Part shown: positions 50,469-64,000 of the stretch, piece after piece | Layout of the letters: each line of letters starts with the position of its first letter | Position numbering within the stretch: the first letter of the stretch is position 1 | Assembly: GCA_049724395.1 (NCBI GenBank) | Contig: JAUGWO010000156.1 | Coordinates: forward strand, 124,001 to 188,000 | DNA length: 64,000 nucleotides | Origin: Spongospora subterranea f. sp. subterranea | Taxonomy: Eukaryota | Direction: 5' to 3' | Translations under genes and position numbers: made by a program | Notes under the pieces: generated by a model | Database searches by the model: none | Told to the model about the DNA's origin: nothing | What the model saw: the letters and a program-made list of their open reading frames with translations, nothing else

Positions 50469-51138
50469 ATGTTTTTGTATTTTTCTTTCCATGTTCCCGT
50501 CCATCGGTTCTGCTTTGCACTTTACGATCGGATTCAGAACCCGATTTCTTTCAGAAACCAAACAGGGCCCACATTTGTGAGAAGTTCCGAAGTACTCGGA
50601 AGTGTAATGAGAGACTCGATTACTCACTTGACTTCAACGATTTTGTGCAAACGACGTCGTTAACTTGTTCGCCATTTTTCCATGGTCTAAGGTGTCGTGA
50701 ATGGCCTGGAAAAACCAAGGAGATTCAGTCCGATTCCCCTAATATCTGCAGAGGAAATGGTGTTGAACTGGTACTCCAAAACCGTCTGTTGGACTTTGAT
50801 CCTGTAGTATTTGTACACAGAAGGATCTCTGAGGGCCGACGGCAATAGGTTCATCCCCTATTCGAAACACTATTGCAGATTCCCCAAAGGCCAAACACTT
50901 TCCGAGATCCGCTTTAACTATGATTTACTCTATTGACTGATCAATAACAAGCATTCTTAGTCCAACACGAGAAAAACGTCCAGGCATGGATAAAGTACAG
51001 AATTGTTCCTTTGCTGAACCATCACGACAATCTAGCGAGACCATGGGATCGCGAGCCCTTTTGACGCAAAGTGATGTGCTCGGATGATCAGTGACGTTGC
51101 CGTTCTTCGTCTGTGATTGTATCGACTACATTACGGTC

Positions 51139-55676
<4,538 letters not shown>

Positions 55677-56752
55677 CGTCGCTCCGATCGGAGAAATCTC
55701 GTCAGTGCCAACAATCCGCAACAACTGCTCACTTAACGAAAACAGCCAACTCCGCTCGGCAATTTTTCAGGTGAATTGCGCCGATTCGGACAACGTCAAT
55801 CAACAATCGGGTCCTCCGTTTGGAATGGCAATCTCCAAATAGAACCGATAATCGATGCGTCGATCATTGTTTCAAAAGAGATAGGAGTGAGACGCGGCAG
55901 TCGCAAACTCGATGATCCTTCACCAAGTCCTGTGAAATACTGCACCAGGTATCGATGGACTGGTCCCATTGTTAGTTGGAATATCAGGATCAAGGTTGAG
56001 TGTTGACCATGTCTGACAAGAAAACCGCCAGGGAGTTTCAGCGATGCGAACGGTGTTGTTGTGGTCTGTCGACAAGGGAAACCATTCCTGAGCGTGTGAT
56101 CCGCCTGCATCTGCTTGGCAACTCCCGCAATATCATCATCAGTTGCTCTACCTAAATCTGCATAAAACATCATATCTATGAAAGCAAGTGAATGCCAACG
56201 AGGTCGGCTCATTTTTTATTCATAACGAGACCCAGCTGCATTTGTCGCCTCTCCGTTGCCGACTAGCGCATTGCGAATAATCGAATCCGATCCCAAATTC
56301 ATCTAAGGTTTCCCGTCGTTCATCTGGAAATACGGAAAGAATGTCTCAAAAGTGGAATCCGTTTCCAGAACCGATAATCGAATATACCCGAACCCAATGA
56401 CCTTATCCCACAAATGGTTCACAATCGGGTCCTGAAAACATGTCCCCAACTTCGCGTCGTTGGTAACGGTGGACCGTACTGTACTGTGTAGTCATCAACA
56501 GTGGACTTGACCTATCGCCACTGTAACATCGATATGGTATCGGACTTGTCCATGGGAAAGAGGCTGCGGTTGACGGTTGTTGTCGGGCTCCGTAATAGCC
56601 GGGGTGGACCTGGCCGAATAACAGGCTACAACTGGGTTTACTACAGTACCTTGGCAATTTTCGCCGACGTCGGGATTCGCTGGATCGCCTTGAACTGTAC
56701 CCTTTTGAAAATCGAGGTCATTGACATCAGGGAAAGGGGGTTAACTTAAGTA

Positions 56753-57802
56753 ATGCCGTCGGCAACGTCTGGGGTCAGTACCAGGAAAAAAAGACGAGGG
56801 CCGCTCGAATCAGATGTTTTGACGACGACAACTGGTCGTCGGCCCGCTAAGAAGACGGGATCTGTGCGATCCAAGGCTGTCGTCTCGGTTGGTCAAGAAA
56901 TTGAAGATATCAAACACTCACCAGATGATGAGTACAAGGAGTTAGCGAAAGGGGCTGAACCTTCCAAGGTCGAGGGAAACGAGAACGACTTAACTATCAA
57001 GGAAAATGGTGATTCCGATGTATCAGCCAAGAAATCTATAGATTCATCGAAACTCAGCCCATCGTTGTCCAAACCACCTCGTAAGGCCTCAAAACACGCG
57101 GTTGCTGTGCCAACAACAACGGGTCGACTACCCGCTAAAAAGACGGGATCTGTACGTTCCAAAGATGTCGTCTTGGTCGGTCAAGATGCTGAAGATATCA
57201 AACACTCACCTGATGATGAGCACAACGAGTTAGCGAAAGGGGCAAAAACATCCAAGGCCGAGAAAACCGAAAACGATTCAAATATCAAGAAACATGGTGA
57301 TTCCTTGGTGTCGCCCAAAAATTCTATTGATCGATCGCAACACAGCCCGTCCTTGTCTAAAACACCTAGAGGAACCTCAAAACGCGCTGATGCCGCATCT
57401 TCAGAATCAGTAAAACTTTCTCCTGTCACAAAGGGTCACAATCGTTCGCCAAAGAATGAGTTGCAGGGCACAGTATCGGACAATGGGGAAGATTACGACC
57501 GAGCTCTTGAAATCAACGCAACTGTCGCAGAACTTGTGGAAACCACATCGGCTAAGCGACGACGGCAATTAATCGAGCAGCTCATTGAGCAGAGGATCTT
57601 GCGACAATTCAAAGATGACGCTGTTATAACAACGGCTCTGGTTAAACTCAAGGCAGATTATACGCTGATAAACTTGAAGCCGATACCGGCTTCAGTTGCT
57701 CGATTATTCCAAGCTCAATTTAAAAACGTTGTCTTGGCAAAACCTTCAACAGTTGCGAAACTGGACAAAATATTCGCCAAACTCAATGGTCATTTCCGAT
57801 AA
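56753..57802 (+). CDS. Intronless K/S/D-rich hypothetical protein with an internal 96-aa tandem duplication
   Basis: 349-aa ORF with an N-terminal basic stretch RKKRR, a duplicated TTTGRxPAKKTGSVRSK..EDIKHSPDDE..ELAKGA block and a helical C-terminus. Confidence 0.75.
   Translation: MPSATSGVSTRKKRRGPLESDVLTTTTGRRPAKKTGSVRSKAVVSVGQEIEDIKHSPDDEYKELAKGAEPSKVEGNENDLTIKENGDSDVSAKKSIDSSKLSPSLSKPPRKASKHAVAVPTTTGRLPAKKTGSVRSKDVVLVGQDAEDIKHSPDDEHNELAKGAKTSKAEKTENDSNIKKHGDSLVSPKNSIDRSQHSPSLSKTPRGTSKRADAASSESVKLSPVTKGHNRSPKNELQGTVSDNGEDYDRALEINATVAELVETTSAKRRRQLIEQLIEQRILRQFKDDAVITTALVKLKADYTLINLKPIPASVARLFQAQFKNVVLAKPSTVAKLDKIFAKLNGHFR
56825..57400 (+). repeat. 288-bp diverged direct tandem duplication within the CDS
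   Basis: gacgggatctgt at 56854 recurs at 57142, and gaagatatcaaacactcacc recurs at the same 288-bp offset. Confidence 0.85.
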
Positions 57803-58276
57803 GCTGCTGTACATTTTTAGTATTTAAACTATTTTGTTGATGTCTCAGATGGTTTATGCGGTTCCGAGGACTGGGAATGCCAAGTCGCCCCAGTTTTGGC
57901 CAGTTGTGAGAATGACATCCACATGCATGGTCCCGAATTGGTGATGTCGCTGAGATTTGCGTCATTGCGACAGTTGGAGGCTAAAGATTACGATGCGTTT
58001 GACACCCTATGCTTTGTGTTGGAGCTTGTCAGACAATGCGTTGTGGACGGGGTCGGCCGAACTGTAAAGCATATTAAGGAGAAGGTTTGATATCAAGAAA
58101 ATTATCGATCACAGATATTCTGATAACAACTTTTGCAGAAAGATCAGTTTGACGCATCGGTTGATGACGCGCGATCTAATCAAGTTCAATTAGCGATATC
58201 ATTGTCAAAAAATAAGCTTGCACTACCTGAAAAACATCACTAAGTTATTACATCAATAAGTTTATATAAAACGTTT

Positions 58277-58875
58277 TTAAAACGTCTTGCTCAGCGGGCG
58301 ATTAAAACCTCCTAAACCATGGCAATGAGATAACATATTATCAAAACTATCGTTTTCGTACCAAGTCGGTTCATATACTGTCGATACTGCCTCTTGCTAG
58401 GTATTCTGGCGCCAGACATTTGATTTGGGATCAGTTTCCCTTTCGATGTACTCAACGCAACCGGCAATCCTAAAGCCTGCATCATTTGATCTTCCGTCAT
58501 ATCACCATCTACAGTTTCGTTTTTGGAGGCTTCTGCTTCTTCTGCTTTAACTTGCAAGTTTCGGCGCTCTCGAGACGCATCTCGGGATAGCGAGCGGCGT
58601 GATTTGCCACGCCGACTTCTCGCATTAGGTGATGGTGAGCGGCGATAACGTCTTGGGGACTCAGATCTTAGAGCGGTTCGACCTCTCGAACGCGACCTGG
58701 ATCGACCCCTTCTGCGGGAACGAGAAGGGGATCTGGAACGGTCCCGTTTCAAAGAACGTGAGCGAGCCCGACGAAATGGAGACCGAGAACGGGCCCGGGG
58801 TGGACTACGAGAGCGGCGCCGGCGTGGAGATCGCGATCGAGATATTTGACGCCCATGGCGTCGCCGGTCGGCCAT
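58277..58875 (-). CDS. SNRNP27: U4/U6.U5 tri-snRNP 27 kDa protein
   Basis: RS-rich N-terminus, then MMQALGLP..STSKGK..KRQYRQYMNRL|GGFNRPLS (DUF1777 signature) across a terminal intron. Confidence 0.92.
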
Positions 58876-60062
58876 CCACCACGAATCGACGACTTTTACA
58901 AAATGACGAAGCAATTGCGATACGAAGTGAAACCCCGTGAGATAAAGGGGTAGTCTACCAGGGTTGCCTCTACCTGCTTCACCAGGATTCAATCTTGTTG
59001 TGAAGATGCAACCTTAACTTGGAGTACATGTTTTTTTTTTGTGATTTTGCGATAGCGGGACCTTCTCTGTAATTGTTGCTTCAGCGGAGAGATCTATTGC
59101 ATAGCTGCAATGCAGATGTGCATGGTTGCCACGATAGTTGATCGGAACCACGTGGTTTTCATAATAGGTAGGAGAATCAAGTTGAACTCGTCGCACCACA
59201 CGCGTGTGATTATGCTGATTCTGGGCCACACTGCAGCTTGCTTTGAACCATTTCTCGCGCTCTGGCAATTCTCCATTTTGGGTGACAAGCAGTGCATTGT
59301 TCCTGTTAACTGCGTACCAAATTTAAAGTGAGTTTTGCGTCCAACGCCTCTGTAGATCTGATGTCACAAGTTTGTGACACCGGCGATGTTGAATATATAT
59401 ATCATCGAAGGCGTATTGCACGATGTATACCTACTTAGAGATTACCAATCGCGGCAAGGGTTATGATAAGACTACCTCGGATTGGTGCCGACGCTAATCA
59501 GTTGCGACTGATACTCGAGGCGAGAATGGCGGTTGGTCACATCTTAAAAGCAGCACTTGCTCTTTGTCGTTGGAACTAAATCACCACAGTTGTGCATATC
59601 AATACTAAAACTGTGCTGCCGTTTCCACCAAGATTTTACCATTCAGTCCTCGAAGCTCACTCAGCTGGTTTTTGTCACTTTTTCTTTACTGCAAAAAAAG
59701 CCCATGCACTTTTCATCCGTTTCTCCGTTACAATGAGTTCAAGTGTTCAAAATTTCTAGTGGTTCACTCTTATGGTTTACTATCGCGATATGTGGCTGAA
59801 GATGAAGACAAGGCTCCAAATCAGCCAGACTGCAAGAATATTCCAGCAGTGATAGAATAGTTGTTCTAAAAACGTAAAATCGGTTTCTATCATGGCACAT
59901 ACCGCCACAGCGGAAATTACAAGTAAAGACGATGTTTGCCTTGGTCCTTGCAGTCCGGCTGATAAAGGTTTTCTTCAACGCAAACCATTCGTGATGGGTT
60001 GATGCCCTGGAAATCAACAAGTTCCGACAGCGCCAAGTGGAGATGATCGCCGATTGTCTTGC

Positions 60063-60663
60063 ATGGAAATACCATACACACACCGGTGAAATAATGTTCA
60101 ACAGAGGAAGTGAGTTTATTTCCCAACAGAGTACAATAGAGTACCATGATAATCCAACGATAATTCAATGATTCACGTCAATACGCCCCTGCGCTAAATT
60201 GGTTTAGAATGCTGACGTCAGTAGGTTGTGATGATTTGAAGGAATACCATCTGCTCGTGCCGCTCTTATCGCCCGGAATCGATAGAGGAGAAAGATCAAT
60301 TTGCGAAACCTACACTTGATTCAAGCACTTTTATGAAGCTGAATGGGCTGGAAAGTACATAACCAAATTCTTGGTGTCTCCAAGAGTTTCGAAGGAGCTG
60401 TACGGGTAAGCTCTTCAGAGATTCGATAATCCAGGATGCAACCAGCTCGCGAGAGGGCAGGCCGCAGGATTATCAAACCTCTGAAGAGCTTACCCGTACA
60501 GCTTCTTCGAAACGCTACTTGCTTTCCCAGAGCCTTTTAAACCATTACGATTCTTTAGCGCATGAGCGTATTGACGTGAGTCACTAAATTGTCGTTGGAT
60601 CATTACGATAAACTCACTTCTGCTTCTATTGAACGTTTACCGGTGTGTGTATGGTGTTTCCAT
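60063..60663. repeat. About 600-bp imperfect palindrome (inverted duplication or foldback element)
   Basis: Nested arm pairs: 60063-60087/60639-60663 (24/25), 60152-60198/60554-60600 (41/47), 60386-60432/60467-60513 (44/47). Centre near ctcgcgag at about 60450. Confidence 0.9.
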
Positions 60664-61455
60664 AGCTTCGTTGGGTGTTCTTGAACGTCCGGCGCCCGCA
60701 TCAACGCATCTCTTCAACACGTTCGATGATGACAAGGAGATTTTTCATGACATAACGCAGTTTGGTCCCCTTGTTATGATGGGAATTCAAATCAGCTTTC
60801 GAATACTGATATGATCATCGTTTCCTAGCGGCGGACTCCCGTTTCTTGTGCGAACGACAATAAATCCTATGCTCCGATAATGTGATGACCATCCTAAACG
60901 TCTTTATATGATGATCGACATTATTGTCTAGCAAAGCTCGGTATTGACAGCCTGGATTTTCGAAGAGACTTGGACCAAATCGAAAAGGCAGCTGTTTGTC
61001 TCGATAACTCAATTCATGGAGCTGCTTGCTTTAGGTATGTGACAGTGTTTTCAGATGCGCAAAATTCCAGAGTTATGGTTGCGACGTCTGGAAAATGGAG
61101 CGGGAGTCGATAACCCCGATGTTCGAATGGTGATGCACATTGTCGGGGCATACGGCCCGCTCACGAGACGGGGCGCTATGGACGTGAACGGTCGGCTTGT
61201 CAAGGGATCGCTGTTGTTCTCCGTTTGACCATTGCAAGAAGTCAATCAACAGTCCACGATACCCCAAATCTGGTGTATTTATGGGTTATCCTCCGTGAAC
61301 GCCGCAGCCAGCACTTGCACAATATCAGTATCACCTCATTTACCTGAGTACAGCAAGGCGACGAGAACATAATTGGATCGGGGCGGGCAGAATACGACAA
61401 CGCTCCCAGCTTGAATCTCATTCGATAGTGCAGTTTTCAATACTCTGGGCATGCT

Positions 61456-62134
61456 ATGAAGATACTGTTCGCGTCTTTGTTTCTGTGGAAGGACGACGCC
61501 ACTGCTCCAGTAAAGTTGTTGTCGATTGACGATCTAAGCTCGTTTGGTTATTTCCAAAGAGGTACCGCTCGCGAATTTTTAGCTTTCACATCACGTACGA
61601 GTTGCCAAAGAACACAAGTCGGTCAACGCCAATCGTTATCGATATCTTTCACTGAAAAGCCATACCAATGCTATGTATGAGCATTATAGAAATTTATATT
61701 TTTGTTTTATTCATGAGGCTAATAACATCATTTGGTAGGTTTATGTTCGAGAAGATAAATTAGCTGGAACGGTTATCGCGGACCATCAATATCCACTGAA
61801 AAGTGCATTCAATGTACTTGCAGAGTTTATGAAGAGTATGGTTGCTGAGAACCCGACTGGTTGGCAACAAGCCACAGACGACATGAATTTAACATTCAAG
61901 AATATGGTGGAAGATTTTCAAAGGTTTCAGGATCCGATTGAGGCTGACAAATTGGCACAAGTCCAGAAAAACCTCGACGAAGTTAAAACAGTGATGCACA
62001 AAAACATTGAAGAGATCTTGAAGCGCGGCGAGACTATTGACAGCTTAATGGCGAAATCAGAAGACCTGTCTGGCATGTCAGTTGCCTTTTACAAGACTGC
62101 CAAGAAGAATAACCAGTGCTGTTCATATTATTAA
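61456..62134 (+). CDS. YKT6: Prenylated longin R-SNARE Ykt6
   Basis: DLSSFGYFQRGTAREFL longin domain, FQDPIEADKLAQVQKNLDEVK..RGETIDSL..SEDLS..FYKTAKKNNQCCSYY. One intron at about 61675-61738. Confidence 0.95.
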
Positions 62135-62830
62135 AAAAGCTATATTTAACCAACCGTAGATCTCTACCTACTACAAAATGGGGCAGCACATTTGATCATC
62201 AGATATCAACAGAATGTTATGTCTTTCCTCAGTCCATTAAGTAAACCCAGAGTGGAAGCTCCTCAAAGCGTCAACTGTTTTGTTGATTAAAGCCCATTGT
62301 AAAAAGAACTGCACACAATCGTGATTCAATCGATTATTCAGTTAAATATCAGTGTGGCACGGCGGCACAAGGCAGACGGCGTGAGAATCGCATTCCACCT
62401 TGTTTAACCATTCCTATTTTCTCTTCGCCATGGTTGAACCGGTGATCACTGGACTAAGCACAATGAACCCAATGGACGACCAGCATGTATGAATGGCGAG
62501 GCGATCGACAACCCGCGGACTTAAATTCAACTTGTGATCGACGAACGATTATGGGACTTCTCCTCAGTCCGATGGTGACCGGGAGGTTGTATCGTGTGAT
62601 TCGTTTCATGGGTGGTCAGTGGTTGCTCCCACGTTGCAGCCACACATCTCCGACCGTGCTGTGAAACATCTGTGGAACATCTCATAATGGTATGGACCGG
62701 TTCGTTGTTGATAAGAGCAGATGCATTCGCCATGTCGCGACAGGATATGTCGTATATCCTGCACGGGCCGTGAAGGAACCAAATAACTGGAACCTGTTCT
62801 GCCATTGGGTCACTTTGCCCGAGCATTATA

Positions 62831-64000
62831 GTGAAAAAATTAGTTGAAAGAATACAGGCTTTGCTATCAATGATAAAGGCTCAGCGAACCAGCGCCACAG
62901 AAGTTTTTGCTGTGCATGCTGATGATAGCAGCCAACTGTGGAATAATGTATGTAATTTTTCTACGATGTTCATGATAAAGCGTAAAATTGTTTCGATTGC
63001 TATCAATCGGTGGAAAAATCGCCCATTTAAGTTTTTGCTTCCTTTCGTTTACGCACTGCTTTAAGTCGTTCTTTCAGAGCACGATGTGGCCACCCGTATG
63101 TGCTGTGTTTGAATCGGTTGCCTTACCGAGGCTTAGATCTGTGATATTACGGAACCAGCGTCTTGACGAGAACATAATTATATCTTGGATCCAGTCTCTT
63201 ACTTGGTCAATCCGAAATTTACATTGTCACAACATCGCTCATGGAGATATTCATTCCTTGACCTTAAGGGTCATCAATGATCAGATCCTTCTTCCACCGA
63301 TCCCTATTTTAGTGGGGAACGGCCGTTGCCAAGACATCCATCAAGATTATTGCTCACCAGAACATCTTCTATCGGACCATAATTGTAAATATGACAAAGC
63401 ATCCGACATCTGGTCCATTGCCTGCTGTATCATGGAGATATATTCAGGACAATCAATGTGTAAATTCTATCATATTCAATGCGTGTTGAGCAGTAAAGTT
63501 TATATAGTTTTAGTCTATGGAGTTGATGCTGGTCAGATTTTGCAACGGCAACGATACTTTCTGAAACACCTGGGCACAAATTCTTCCGTTTTTATTGTCG
63601 ATCGGGTGTCTGAATTGTCAGAAGAAATTGATAGACATTTATTTAGTCTCCTTAAGTCCATTCTCGATTCTACTGTAAATCCCGTCACCAGTGAGCTTAA
63701 TCTTTTAGTCTGAGCGCTCTTTCTTCAGATGGAAAATCGTCCCAGCATTTCTGCGATAATTGAAGATCCGTATTTCTCAATCGATACACACACAGATAGT
63801 TCGTCCTATATTAGGATACATTCACCACCATCAGCAATTATTTCAACGATTCCAGTCACCTGCGGTCAGTCAAATGCATGGTGGCGCCAATCTATTCTCC
63901 AAACCAGCGAAGGAAATGTATTGCCCTTATCATCACCTGGCCAGTTTGAAGGACTTCCATTCATCGAGCCCAAGCCTGGACCGGTATTTGACCCATCTTT
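62831..64000 (+). CDS. Protein kinase-like protein, probable pseudokinase (partial; start uncertain)
   Basis: LHCHNIAHGDIHSLTL, YCSPE, YDKASDIWSIAC and ENRPSISAIIEDPYF kinase C-lobe motifs. No DFG and no catalytic-loop Asn. Confidence 0.7.

Noticed and set aside
55796..56730. Short minus-strand ORFs upstream of the FAN-like gene
   Set aside because: No consistent exon chain or recognisable domain.

Overview
Compact, intron-rich eukaryotic genomic DNA with moderate GC, short GT-AG introns and short intergenic gaps. The gene content and architecture resemble a plasmodiophorid-like protist, but that is inference only. About 25 protein genes can be read: an ABCA and an ADP1-like ABCG transporter, Brr6/Brl1, a GPI-type CE4 deacetylase-like protein, a FUSC/ALMT-like membrane protein, a TKL kinase, LRR and Sel1 repeat proteins, a pepsin-type protease, a RAY1-like glycosyltransferase, a stand-alone ATCase, DGAT2, a Myb protein, Tim8, an NT-C2 coiled-coil protein, EB1, Bub3, a RAP-domain protein, FAN/BEACH, SNRNP27, YKT6 and a probable pseudokinase. 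There is also an intron-containing elongator tRNA-Met, decayed Harbinger and Ty3/gypsy remnants, and three intergenic inverted-repeat structures. Most notable: (i) a ~600-bp imperfect palindrome at 60063-60663 and a near-perfect 49-bp-stem hairpin at 4302-4452; (ii) a CE4 protein whose TFDDGP motif reads TFDNQK, losing a metal ligand; (iii) repeated single-base +1 frame breaks in conserved genes, most likely assembly errors but testable for recoding; (iv) a small protein with two SGRFQI docking-type motifs and a leucine zipper. Multi-exon gene coordinates are outer bounds inferred by eye.
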